Shown: positions 1-9,635, counted from the first letter of the stretch. The stretch is 32,000 nucleotides of DNA from Candidatus Nanopusillus acidilobi (GCA_001552015.1 CP010514.1:450001-482000), one strand, 5' to 3'. Notes: generated by a model not told the origin, from the sequence alone. A program made the numbers and translations.

Positions 1-908
1 AAGTTTTACATACTTACCACACATGTATATATTAACTTCATCATTACTATTCTCAAGAGAGTTTACAAAATTTACCCAATCATCTAGTTTAGGCTCCCTA
101 GGTTTCTAATCCCAATTTTGTTACTAAATATTTTCCAAGACCTTGTTCTTCTAAGATGAGTGGCACTTTATAGATTGTATCTACATCAGGTGATGTAAAT
201 ACAGCATTAACTGGTACATTTGTAAATAAAGATATTTTCCTTCTTGTTGATTCATCAAGAATCTTTGGTGCCCTTGCAATTATTATATCAGGTTGAATAC
301 CAACTCTTCTAAGCTCAGCAACACTATGCTGCAATGGTTTTGTTTTAAGTTCACCTGTTGTTGATAGCAAAGGAACTAAAGCAACATGAACAAACAATAC
401 ATCATTGGGCATCTCGAGCTTCATTTGTCTTGCAGCTTCAAGGAATGGTAATCCTTCATAATCACCAACAGTACCTCCAATCTCAATTAAAATTATATCT
501 GGTTTTTCGCGTTTTCGTTACCAACATTATTCTTCTCTTTATTTCTTCAGTAACATGAGGTATTAATTGAACTGTTTGACCTAAGTATTCTCCTTTACGC
601 TCCCTTCGAATTACTTTATAATAAACATGACCACTAGTTATATTATGATATTTAGGAATCTCAACATCAAGAAATCTTTCATAATGTCCTAAATCTAAAT
701 CTGTTTCACCGCCATCAAAAGTTACAAACACCTCACCATGCTGGAATGGGTTCATTGTACCAGCATCCACATTTAAATATGGATCTATTTTAACTGCTGT
801 TACATTATAACCTCGAGCTTGAAGTATTTTGCCAATAGAAGATGTTGTTATACCCTTACCCAACCCAGACAACACACCTCCCGTAATAAATATATATTTG
901 GTCCTCAT
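1..908 (-). pseudogene. pyrG: CTP synthase, N-terminal synthetase domain; partial at window edge and interrupted by two +1 frameshifts (disrupted gene or sequence error)
   Basis: ORF 483..908 has the CTP synthase N-terminus ([56 protein letters not shown]...[18 protein letters not shown]). After a +1 shift the frame continues [45 protein letters not shown]...[16 protein letters not shown]...LGLE. After another +1 shift it reads [34 protein letters not shown] to the window edge. Confidence 0.85.
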
Positions 909-1117
909 TAAGATAGTATTTAATTAAGTTTAATAAGCCTTGACTACTAGATATTACAATACTTTTTTAACAGCACAAAGCTATTACTCGACAATTGTCA
1001 CTAACTCTTTATAAACCTCCCACAAATTTATGCCTTAAATCAATCCAAATCAAAACATTATTTTATAAATTTTGAGAAGTTAGATATTTTTAAAACTTAC
1101 TACTACCATATGGCAAT

Positions 1118-1531
1118 ATGGACAATAAATATTCATATAACATTTTAAAAAAGTTTTTAGATGGTATATTAATTAAAAGCAATGAAAATGAAATTAATAG
1201 AGAGCCTATTGAAAATATAATGTATATAATATCTACTATCATAAGAGATAGGACCTTAAATTGTATTGATCAGAATACAAACACAGGATCTTCAACAAAA
1301 GACTCCATAGAATACTGCATTGGTAAATATAATACAATAAGAAATATTACAAAATGTTATTTAAAGAGTGAATATAAATTAGAAGATTGCATCGATATAT
1401 ATACTCCTGAATTACCTAAAGGTATTGATCGAGATATCATTAAACATACAGTTATAAGCATATTAGATAAAACAAACAAAGTAATCAGAGAATATATGGC
1501 ATGGGAATATGAAGATTATTCTTTAGAATAA
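1118..1531 (+). CDS. hypothetical protein (137 aa, no recognisable family)
   Basis: Open ORF with composition typical of the surrounding genome; no motif recognised. Confidence 0.5.
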   Translation: MDNKYSYNILKKFLDGILIKSNENEINREPIENIMYIISTIIRDRTLNCIDQNTNTGSSTKDSIEYCIGKYNTIRNITKCYLKSEYKLEDCIDIYTPELPKGIDRDIIKHTVISILDKTNKVIREYMAWEYEDYSLE

Positions 1532-1573
1532 TATCGATGTTAACTTTATATCTAAGGCCATATTTAATGTCGC

Positions 1574-1660
1574 ATAACCAAGATTATCCGACATTTTTAT
1601 GCATATCATATGTAATGTCTAAAATTTGATATAATTGTATAATAAGTTAACCTTGGTTAT
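1574..1660. repeat. intergenic inverted repeat pair (ataaccaag / cttggttat) with a nested aatgtcg / cgacatt inverted repeat just upstream
   Basis: ATAACCAAG at 1574..1582 and its reverse complement at 1652..1660; AATGTCG 1566..1572 and CGACATT 1589..1595. Confidence 0.4.
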
Positions 1661-1708
1661 ACTATAAAATTTTTTATAGAAAAATATTTTCCTTATATAA
1701 TCGAAAAA

Positions 1709-2935
1709 CTAAAATCTTTTAACAATTTCTTCTAATTTTTCAAAGAAGAAATCAATTTCTTCTTTTGTATTATAAATATACAATGAAGCCCTAATAGATC
1801 CTTTATACTTATATAGATCCAAATGTCTAAATAATATGTAACAACAATGATATCCAGTTCTAACAGTAATATTATAAGAATCTAACATTTTTCCAATTAT
1901 ATGAGGATTTATTTTAAATAATAATGAAAATATTGCTTCTCTATCTTTATAATCTTTTAATCCCATTAATATTACATCTTTATATTTATTTGAAAATTCT
2001 TCAAATCTTTCTAAGAAATATTTTGTTAATTCTTGTTCATATTTTTCAATATTTTCCATTCCTAATTTATTTAAATATTTAATTGCTTCTCCAAATGCAA
2101 TTCCATCCGCAATATTTGGTGTTCCAGCTTCAAATTTCCATGGTAAATCATTTAAATATTCTTTATCAAAATCAATATCTGTAATCATGTCTCCACCCCA
2201 TAAAAATGGTTCCATATTTTCTAATAATTCTTTTTTTCCATATAATACACCGATTCCAGAAGGTCCCAACATTTTATGAGAACTAAATACTAAAAAATCT
2301 ACATCTAATTTTTTAACATCTATAGGTAAATGTCCTGAACTTTGTGCAGCATCAATCAAAACTAAAGCACCTTTTTCATGAGCAATTTTTATTATTTCTT
2401 CTATAGGATTTATTGTACCCAAAACATTTGATACATGAGTTATAGAAACAATTTTTGTTTTTTCATCTATCTTTTTTTCTAAATCATCCAAATCTAATTT
2501 ATAATCTTTAACATTAATATATTCTAATTTTGCTCCAGTTTTTCTACATACAAATCTCCATGGTAATAAATTTGAACTATGTTCCATAGAAGATATCAGA
2601 ATTTTATCATCTTTCTTTATATTATTTAAACCATAAGAATATGCAACAAGATTTATAGATTCTGTAGTATTTCTTGTAAAAATTATTTCTCTCCAATCTT
2701 TACATTTTATAAAATCTGCAACCAATTTATGAGAATTTTCATATTCTTCAGAAGATATTTCACTTATTTTATATACACCTCTATGAATATTTGCATAATA
2801 TTTTTCATAAACTTCTTTTATTTTTTCAATAACTTGTCTAGGCTTTTGAGTTGTTGCAGTATTATCAAAATATATTAAATTTGGATTATTTTCAAAAATT
2901 GGAAAATCTTTTCTTATTTCTTTTGGATTTATCAT
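1709..2935 (-). CDS. sufS: SufS/CsdA-type (group II) cysteine desulfurase
   Basis: YFDNTATTQKPRQVI, NIHRGVY, FTRNTTESINLVA, PLP-lysine SSHKMLGPSGIGVLYG, C-terminal TVRTGYHCC...GSIRASLYIYNTKEEID; full length 408 aa. Confidence 0.93.
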   Translation of the reverse strand: MINPKEIRKDFPIFENNPNLIYFDNTATTQKPRQVIEKIKEVYEKYYANIHRGVYKISEISSEEYENSHKLVADFIKCKDWREIIFTRNTTESINLVAYSYGLNNIKKDDKILISSMEHSSNLLPWRFVCRKTGAKLEYINVKDYKLDLDDLEKKIDEKTKIVSITHVSNVLGTINPIEEIIKIAHEKGALVLIDAAQSSGHLPIDVKKLDVDFLVFSSHKMLGPSGIGVLYGKKELLENMEPFLWGGDMITDIDFDKEYLNDLPWKFEAGTPNIADGIAFGEAIKYLNKLGMENIEKYEQELTKYFLERFEEFSNKYKDVILMGLKDYKDREAIFSLLFKINPHIIGKMLDSYNITVRTGYHCCYILFRHLDLYKYKGSIRASLYIYNTKEEIDFFFEKLEEIVKRF

Positions 2936-2985
2936 AAACTAAATTTATACAAAACTCTTATATTTTTTATTTATATTCTATCATA

Positions 2986-3240
2986 ATGAAATATAGTATA
3001 AATAAACTTTGCGGAATGAATAATTTATCTGTAAAGTTTGATAAAGAACTTAATAATGAATTTATTGATAAATTAATAAAAATATTAAATAATTTTGAAA
3101 TAAAGGAAAGAAATGAAAATTCTGTTTGGTTAAAGTTAGAAGAAAAAGATGTATTAATATATAAATATGGAGAAATTATACTTTTAGGCTTTTCTGAAGA
3201 AGAAGTTAAAAATATTTTAGATAAAGCTTTAAATGAATAA
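2986..3240 (+). CDS. hypothetical protein (84 aa)
   Basis: ORF divergent from sufS, 50 nt between starts. Confidence 0.5.
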   Translation: MKYSINKLCGMNNLSVKFDKELNNEFIDKLIKILNNFEIKERNENSVWLKLEEKDVLIYKYGEIILLGFSEEEVKNILDKALNE

Positions 3241-3295
3241 AAATTATCTAATATTATAAAATAAAGAGAAAAACTTTAAGCTTGTGACTTTAAAT

Positions 3296-3778
3296 CTAAT
3301 GAGCAGCTAATGTTGCCTGAACAGATATACCATTATATGTAAATGTAAATATATAATAGTAATTTCCTGTATTCCAATCATTAACTATAGTGACTGGACC
3401 TGAACATGATAATAATAATGTTGCTTGTTGACCTGATGGAACTGGTGAATTCCCATTTACTACTGATGCTGTACATGAATCCGTATTACCATCATATGTT
3501 GCATTTGAAGCATAATATTCTGCAGCTGTTATAATTAAAGTATTATTATTAATTGGTACATTTCCATTATTGTATATTATTGCATATATATTACCACTAG
3601 AAACATATATTTGAGGTACATTAAAGGATGTTATTTGTGTAGCTTGAGCAACCTGACTTGAAGTAGCTCCAGTTAATGAAGAAAACATTCCAGATAACCA
3701 TGCATACATTAATCCTGCTATTGCTACTGTCATTACAATTAATAGTATTGTTGCAATAATTGGAGATATACCCTTCAT
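3296..3778 (-). CDS. archaeal type IV pilin-like / archaellin-N-type secreted protein
   Basis: N-terminus MKGISPIIATILLIVMTVAIAGLMYAWLSG is a class III signal peptide (KG/ISP) plus hydrophobic assembly helix. Confidence 0.85.
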   Translation of the reverse strand: MKGISPIIATILLIVMTVAIAGLMYAWLSGMFSSLTGATSSQVAQATQITSFNVPQIYVSSGNIYAIIYNNGNVPINNNTLIITAAEYYASNATYDGNTDSCTASVVNGNSPVPSGQQATLLLSCSGPVTIVNDWNTGNYYYIFTFTYNGISVQATLAAH

Positions 3779-3880
3779 AAATAATTTAGTAGAATATTGA
3801 TATTTATAAATTTTTGGACTTTAAAAGGTTCATTTACTATAATCAAAATTTAATAAAAGATAATTAAATTAAATTAAAAA

Positions 3881-3955
3881 GGACCCGTAGCTCAGCATGG
3901 ATAGAGCGACGGCCTCCTAAGCCGTAGGTCGGGGGTTCGAATCCCCCCGGGTCCG
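3881..3955 (+). tRNA. tRNA-Arg (CCT)
   Basis: Acceptor GGACCCG/CGGGTCC; anticodon arm ACGGC-CTCCTAA-GCCGT; T arm GGGGG-TTCGAAT-CCCCC; no intron. Confidence 0.95.
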
Positions 3956-3965
3956 CTTAATTAAC

Positions 3966-5162
3966 TTAAGTATTACTTTTTTTATAATATCTTAATCCTA
4001 GCAAAAATAGAGAAGAAATTATATATACATAAACCATCGGCATGAAATCTACAACATAATATGTAAATAATGTTGTATTACCTAGAAAATATACTAAGAA
4101 AAATCCTAAATAAATTGATAATGGATATAAATAAGAAACTGTAACTTTTTTATCTTTTAATATAAATATTAAAGGTGTTAAAATTAGCCAGAGTATCATA
4201 ATATAATTATTTACTAATGCATGAAAACTATTTAAATAAAGATTATTTCCAGAATAAGTTCCCAAATAAAATGGATGAATATTTAATAACCATTGCCATG
4301 GTGAAGAAATTTGATTTGGAGCATTTACAATATGTCCAGATGTAATATCCCATTCTAATGCACCTAAAAAACTTTGATTGAACCAACTAGAGAATCCAAA
4401 ATATATAATTAATGGAAGATTTAAAGATAAATATATTAATAATGGTAATAAAATTACATAAAGAAATCTTTTTATTCTACTTATATTAATTCCTTTAATA
4501 TAATATAAAAGAGGAAATATTAAAAATGCTCCAGGAAATTTTGAAGAAAAAGCTAGTCCAAAAGATATTGATGATTTTAGTATATCGTCTTTTATTAAAT
4601 AATACAATGATAGTAAAGAAAAGAATGATACATATATATCTAACATAGCTATTCCATGCATTACCCATATATTTGGATCTGAAATAATTAAAACTGAAGT
4701 AATTATTCCTGCAATATTTCCAAATATATTATTACCAACAATTTTTCTAGTTATTAAAAATGATAGAATTATCATTAAATCTCCTAATATCCAGCTAGGA
4801 ATTCTCCAAACCCAATAATTATATCCTAAAAAATATATAAAGATGCCAATTATATATTTTGCTAAAGGTGGATGTTCAAGATTAAAATAATTTGTTAAAT
4901 CTTTTCCAGAAGGAAATGGAACAGTTTGATTTATATTTAAATGAAATATTTTTGTCATAATATTATATGAAGCTGGAGCATACCATACTTCATCTGAAAT
5001 ATATGAATTTATGGGATAAAATACAGAAACTGTTTGATAAGTATAAATTAATAATAAAATACCTAAAATTATATAAAAGGTGTATTTCTTTATAAATCCA
5101 TATAATTTATTTATTATCCTATTTTTCTTTAAAACATCAATAATCCTAAATAAATTTTTCAT
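3966..5162 (-). CDS. polytopic membrane glycosyltransferase, PMT/ArnT-like (GT39/GT83 superfamily)
   Basis: Many TM segments; YISDEVWYAPASYNIM (acidic motif in first loop) and NLEHPPLAKYIIGIFIY (HPPLxK motif), typical of PMT_2-type enzymes. Confidence 0.82.
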   Translation of the reverse strand: MKNLFRIIDVLKKNRIINKLYGFIKKYTFYIILGILLLIYTYQTVSVFYPINSYISDEVWYAPASYNIMTKIFHLNINQTVPFPSGKDLTNYFNLEHPPLAKYIIGIFIYFLGYNYWVWRIPSWILGDLMIILSFLITRKIVGNNIFGNIAGIITSVLIISDPNIWVMHGIAMLDIYVSFFSLLSLYYLIKDDILKSSISFGLAFSSKFPGAFLIFPLLYYIKGINISRIKRFLYVILLPLLIYLSLNLPLIIYFGFSSWFNQSFLGALEWDITSGHIVNAPNQISSPWQWLLNIHPFYLGTYSGNNLYLNSFHALVNNYIMILWLILTPLIFILKDKKVTVSYLYPLSIYLGFFLVYFLGNTTLFTYYVVDFMPMVYVYIISSLFLLGLRYYKKSNT

Positions 5163-5201
5163 TATTGATCTATCTTAAAAAAATTTAAAAAGCTAGATTA
5201 T

Positions 5202-6395
5202 TTATGATAAACTTTCTATATAAACTTCTGGCATAATTCCATCTGGTGGATATGTTCTTCCAACAACCCAGTATATAGATTGTGAAGATGTTGATTGAGA
5301 ACCATCTCCAGCACCAATGGCAAAGTAATCTCCTGATAACATATTTTTATTAATTTCTATTTCTGGAGTCTGATTTGTATTTTCTAATGTTCCTAATAAA
5401 GAAATTGGTGGAATATTATTTAATACAAGGTATCCTGCTTGTACATATGTATTATTACAGAAATCAGCTAAGAAATATGAATAAATATATGAATGATTTT
5501 CTTTTATAAATGGTCCTTTATATAATTGAATATTACCAAGATTTCCTATATATGAAACATATATTGCAGGTTGTAAATTATAATATTCATATTGAACAAA
5601 TATAGAATTATATAATGTTGGTGTATATCCGCCAAACATATTTGCTCCTGCTGCATATACAGGAACTTTTCCACCATACATTGAAATTAAATTTGCATCA
5701 GCTTCCCCATTATAATACCATCCTTCTTCAATAATTATTGGTATATTTGATATATTTCCATTGTTTGGAGGTTCTATATATGATCCTTGTGATGATGTAT
5801 TATTTAACATTTCAATTCCATCAATAGTTGGAGTTGGGAAATAACTTCCATTTTCAACATTTAAAATCCAGTTATCTTTTGTATCATAAAACCAACCATA
5901 AAAATCAAAGACAAGTTGTCCATTATCATAAATACTTAGAGGTCCCCAACTATAATTATCATATACATAAGATGACATACCAACATAAGGAGAATATTCT
6001 TCATAATAATTTTCTCCTGCAGGTCCTATATACATATAAATTGTAATATTTGAATATGGAGGAATTGAACTTGGCAATCTTACCCACCAAATAGAATAAT
6101 TACCATAATATCCTGCAAACCATGAATATAAAATTGATCCTGTAATATTACTTAAATTTGTAAAGAAGAAAACATTTGATCCATTTTCGTTTATTCCATA
6201 TTCATTCATTATAGAACTATTTATATATATTTCTTGCTGAAATGGTGAAAAGACTACGCAATTTGTTGGATTATATATTGATAACTCTAATATTTTTCCG
6301 CTACTATATGTTTTAGTTTGATAACCCAAATAATATATTACTCCAAAAATTACAACAACAAGAGCTAATAATATAAATAGATTTCTCATATTCAT
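5202..6395 (-). CDS. secreted/membrane-anchored protein with DUF2341-like domain
   Basis: N-terminal TM (LFILLALVVVIFGVIYYLG); 'SIWWVRLP-SSIPPYSNITIYMYIGPA' resembles DUF2341; C-terminal 'SIYWVVGRTYPPDGIMPEV'. Confidence 0.7.
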   Translation of the reverse strand: MNMRNLFILLALVVVIFGVIYYLGYQTKTYSSGKILELSIYNPTNCVVFSPFQQEIYINSSIMNEYGINENGSNVFFFTNLSNITGSILYSWFAGYYGNYSIWWVRLPSSIPPYSNITIYMYIGPAGENYYEEYSPYVGMSSYVYDNYSWGPLSIYDNGQLVFDFYGWFYDTKDNWILNVENGSYFPTPTIDGIEMLNNTSSQGSYIEPPNNGNISNIPIIIEEGWYYNGEADANLISMYGGKVPVYAAGANMFGGYTPTLYNSIFVQYEYYNLQPAIYVSYIGNLGNIQLYKGPFIKENHSYIYSYFLADFCNNTYVQAGYLVLNNIPPISLLGTLENTNQTPEIEINKNMLSGDYFAIGAGDGSQSTSSQSIYWVVGRTYPPDGIMPEVYIESLS

Positions 6396-6436
6396 AAACT
6401 AATATTGATAACAATTTTTTTAAATAATTTGTTATT

Positions 6437-7630
6437 TTATATTAATAGTAACAGACCTAAAATTCCTGCTATAGATATCAATACATAATTTATATTTTCA
6501 GAAACTACTAAAGTAGGTGAAGAAGATCCCATTTCGACATCAAATTGATAGTTTCCATATCCTATGTATTGTCCGTTTACATAAACATCTATATCAACAT
6601 CTGTTAAACCTGGAGATAATACAAGCATTTTAAATGGTATTACTAATGAACTATTTGGCTGTAAAGGAGAAGATATGGTAATATTGTTTAATGTTGTTAT
6701 TGGTAAATTATTATATAATAAAATTACACTATTTCCAATAACTGAAAAAGTTAAAGTTATATTATTAATTGTTGCATTACCAGAATTTGTTATATTTAAA
6801 TAAAATACTGGATTTTCAGACTGTACGGGGAAACTAATTGATCTATAGAAAGTTTGATTAATAGAATTAATACTCAAAATACCATGCAAATATATGATAG
6901 AATTATATATAAGAGTAGTGGTTGTTGTAGTAGTTGCATAATTTGTGACCGTAGATGTTAATGTAGTAGTAGTTGTAGTAGTTATAGTAGAGGTTGCTGT
7001 ACTGGTGATTGTTGATGTAGTTGTATTTGTTACATTTGTAGTATATGTTTGAGTAGTAGTTACTGTTGAAGTATTAGTAACTGTTGCGGTTAATGTAGAA
7101 TATGTTGTACTAGTGACTGTTGACGTAGAAGTTAATGTTGAAGTAACTGTGGTATAAACTGTACTCCATATAGTGTTTGTAGAAGTTGCTGTACTAGTAA
7201 CTGTTGTATATGCTGTATTAGTAACTACTGATGTATAAGTTAATGTTGTTGCAACTGTGGTATAAACTGTTGAGGTAACTGTTGTATATATGGTATTAGT
7301 GATAGTCTGCGTATTTGTAACTGTTGTATAAACTGTGGAAGTAGATGTTGATGTTGTATATGCTGTACTAGTAACTGTTGAGGTACTAGTTAATGTTGTT
7401 GCAACTGTAGTGGTAACGGTTGTCGTGGTAACTGTTGTATATACAGTATGAGTGGTTGTATATGTACATTCTAGTAAGCAATCTCCTGCCACACTACAAT
7501 ATGTGCATATACTGCTTGCACCACTAAAAGTAGTACAAATGCTACCATAAGCAACATTAAATATTTTTATAAATAATATTAAAATGAGCATAAATTTTAG
7601 AATCGTTTTTATTTTATTAATAGCACCCAT
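6437..7630 (-). CDS. Thr/Val-rich repeat surface protein with signal peptide, Cys-rich head, beta-rich C-terminal domain and C-terminal TM
   Basis: Hydrophobic N-terminus, ICTTFSGASSICTYCSVAGDCLLECTY, long (T/S)TVYTTVT(S/T)T-type array, C-terminal extracellular domain, terminal VLISIAGILGLLLLI. Confidence 0.75.
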   Translation of the reverse strand: MGAINKIKTILKFMLILILFIKIFNVAYGSICTTFSGASSICTYCSVAGDCLLECTYTTTHTVYTTVTTTTVTTTVATTLTSTSTVTSTAYTTSTSTSTVYTTVTNTQTITNTIYTTVTSTVYTTVATTLTYTSVVTNTAYTTVTSTATSTNTIWSTVYTTVTSTLTSTSTVTSTTYSTLTATVTNTSTVTTTQTYTTNVTNTTTSTITSTATSTITTTTTTTLTSTVTNYATTTTTTTLIYNSIIYLHGILSINSINQTFYRSISFPVQSENPVFYLNITNSGNATINNITLTFSVIGNSVILLYNNLPITTLNNITISSPLQPNSSLVIPFKMLVLSPGLTDVDIDVYVNGQYIGYGNYQFDVEMGSSSPTLVVSENINYVLISIAGILGLLLLI

Positions 7631-8250
7631 TTTATGATTGTATTAAAGTATAATAAGTTTGATTGGCCGTAACAGTCGAAGTTAAAGTAGATGTAGTAGT
7701 TGTATAAACTGTTGATGTACTAGTAACTGTAGATGTAGAAGTTAATGTAGTAGTAGTTGTTGTATAAACTGTACTCCATATAGTGTTTGTAGAAGTTGCT
7801 GTACTAGTTACTGTTGTTGTAACTGTTGTATATGCTGTATTAGTAACTGTTGATGTACTAGTAACTGTATTTGTAACTGTAGTATAAACTGTGGAAGTAG
7901 ATGTTGATGTTGTTGTAACTGTTGTATATGCTGTATTAGTAACTGTTGACGTAGAAGTTAATGTTGAAGTAACTACTTTAGTAACTATTGCAACAGCTGT
8001 ATTAGTAACTGTTGAGGTAACAGTAGCTGTAGCTGTTGAGGCAACATTTGTTATGACAGTAGTAGTTGTATAAACTGTTGATGTACTAGTAACTGTGGTA
8101 TAAACTGTGGAAGTAGATGTTGATGTTGTAGTAACTGTTGTATATACAGTACTAGTGGTTGTAGATGTAGAAGTAGCTGTAACTGAAGATATAACAGCTA
8201 ATGTGACTTTAGTAGTAGAAGAAGCTAAAGTAGTACAGATTGCATAGATG
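6900..8250. repeat. degenerate tandem repeats encoding Thr/Val/Ser-rich arrays in two adjacent genes
   Basis: Recurring DNA such as 'actgttgtatatgctgtattagtaactgttgatgta' near 7198, 7371, 7824 and 7920, encoding TSTVTNTAYTTVT-like units. Confidence 0.85.
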
Positions 8251-8378
8251 GGAGTAGATAAGCGAACAAAGATAATTATAAATATAATCAATATAATCAG
8301 AATCTTATACAACTTATACACAATACTTCCTTTACTTCTGCCCTTATCAAACATTATAAAATATTTTTTATATAGCAT
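7632..8378 (-). CDS. Thr/Val/Ser-rich repeat protein, paralogue of the 6437..7630 product but lacking its C-terminal domain and TM
   Basis: Hydrophobic N-terminus, ICTTLASSTT..., then (S/T)TVYTTVT arrays; ends TVTANQTYYTLIQS; stop lies immediately before the next ATG. Confidence 0.7.
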   Translation of the reverse strand: MLYKKYFIMFDKGRSKGSIVYKLYKILIILIIFIIIFVRLSTPIYAICTTLASSTTKVTLAVISSVTATSTSTTTSTVYTTVTTTSTSTSTVYTTVTSTSTVYTTTTVITNVASTATATVTSTVTNTAVAIVTKVVTSTLTSTSTVTNTAYTTVTTTSTSTSTVYTTVTNTVTSTSTVTNTAYTTVTTTVTSTATSTNTIWSTVYTTTTTTLTSTSTVTSTSTVYTTTTSTLTSTVTANQTYYTLIQS

Positions 8379-8397
8379 AATTTATAAAGCTTTTTCA

Positions 8398-9603
8398 TTA
8401 TTTTCTCATAAGCAAATAAATAACTAAACCTAAAACTATTACTAAAACTATTACAACTTTTATTTCTGTATTATAATTAGAAGAAGAACTTATTGTTTGA
8501 TTTGTTAAATAATATGTATAACATATATTTGAAAGATATGTTAATCCATTTAATTCTTTTTGATATGTTAAGTTAAAACATAAATCTTCTCCATTTATCA
8601 TTGGAACATTATCATAAATATATATATATTCTGTAGAATTGTACAATAAATTTCCTATATTAATTGAATCTTGGAAATTCTGATTATCAGAATATATTGT
8701 CAATCCAACATTATATAAAACATGATTCCTATTATCATTTGGATATGTAGATAAAATTACTAATAAAGTTCCATTATTATTTAAGTATATCCCATTAAAA
8801 GATAATGACTCTCCATAAACATAGTAAGGTATAATGTATAGATCTTGTAATAGATTATCAGAATATACTTCAATTAAAATATAATATATCCCTGGATATA
8901 GATTTGATACATTAATATTATCATAAATATAATTATATCCTTTATTTAATTCTACATTAAAAGAATTATTATATATTGCTCCATATAATATAGCATCCCA
9001 ACTGGCTAGTTTGATATTTATTGTTGCATTAGTATTATATAATGAATATAAACTTAAGTTTAAATTTAATATCCCATTATTATTTATTAATTCTGTTTGA
9101 TTCCTTACAATACCAATCCATGGATAATTACCAATACTAGGATTATTTATGTAAATATTTTCAAATACTGGTGTAGAAAAATTGTTCGGATTACCAATTA
9201 TATGCTTTGTAGCAGTATATAGATAATATAATAATTCATAATTTCCTGAAGATATGTTTTCTGGAATTTGATATGAAAAGTTTACTGTATAATTTTCATA
9301 TGGAAATAAATTTGATATACTATTTAATTCTGCAAATAATACTTGAGTACCAAATGATGAATTTTCATTAACTAGCATTATTCCTAAAAATATTTGTGGA
9401 TAATAATATGGATCATTATTTTGTATCAAAACATATCCTGTAATATTTTGTCCAGCCAAAAATTCTTGATTATATAAATATGGAGTAATTGTAATATTTG
9501 GAATATAACTTTGATTATAATAATTAATTTGATAAGAGAAAATATTCCTAGTTGATAAAAATATAAGGAAAGATAATAAAATTAATAATACTTTCTTTTT
9601 CAT
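8398..9603 (-). CDS. secreted, C-terminally membrane-anchored surface protein (Asn/Tyr-rich, many N-glycosylation sequons)
   Basis: Signal peptide MKKKVLLILLSFLIFLS; repeated NxS/T (NQS, NIT, NYT, NIS, NLS...); C-terminal TM VVIVLVIVLGLVIYLLMRK. Confidence 0.7.
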   Translation of the reverse strand: MKKKVLLILLSFLIFLSTRNIFSYQINYYNQSYIPNITITPYLYNQEFLAGQNITGYVLIQNNDPYYYPQIFLGIMLVNENSSFGTQVLFAELNSISNLFPYENYTVNFSYQIPENISSGNYELLYYLYTATKHIIGNPNNFSTPVFENIYINNPSIGNYPWIGIVRNQTELINNNGILNLNLSLYSLYNTNATINIKLASWDAILYGAIYNNSFNVELNKGYNYIYDNINVSNLYPGIYYILIEVYSDNLLQDLYIIPYYVYGESLSFNGIYLNNNGTLLVILSTYPNDNRNHVLYNVGLTIYSDNQNFQDSINIGNLLYNSTEYIYIYDNVPMINGEDLCFNLTYQKELNGLTYLSNICYTYYLTNQTISSSSNYNTEIKVVIVLVIVLGLVIYLLMRK

Positions 9604-9635
9604 ATATTATCCTTAAAGAAAATATTTATAAAAAT

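Noticed and set aside
483-520. Programmed frameshift in pyrG
   Set aside because: There is no slippery heptamer or stimulatory structure evident and a second indel exists 400 nt away, so random indels or sequencing error are simpler.
7891-8073. Plus-strand ORF (MEVDVDVVVTVVYAVLV...)
   Set aside because: It is the antisense translation of the Thr-repeat gene; its Val-rich pattern is the expected mirror of the repeat DNA.
6900-8250. Regularly spaced repeats resembling a CRISPR array or satellite
   Set aside because: The repeats are degenerate, contiguous without unique spacers, and lie inside open reading frames encoding Thr/Val/Ser arrays, so they are coding low-complexity repeats.
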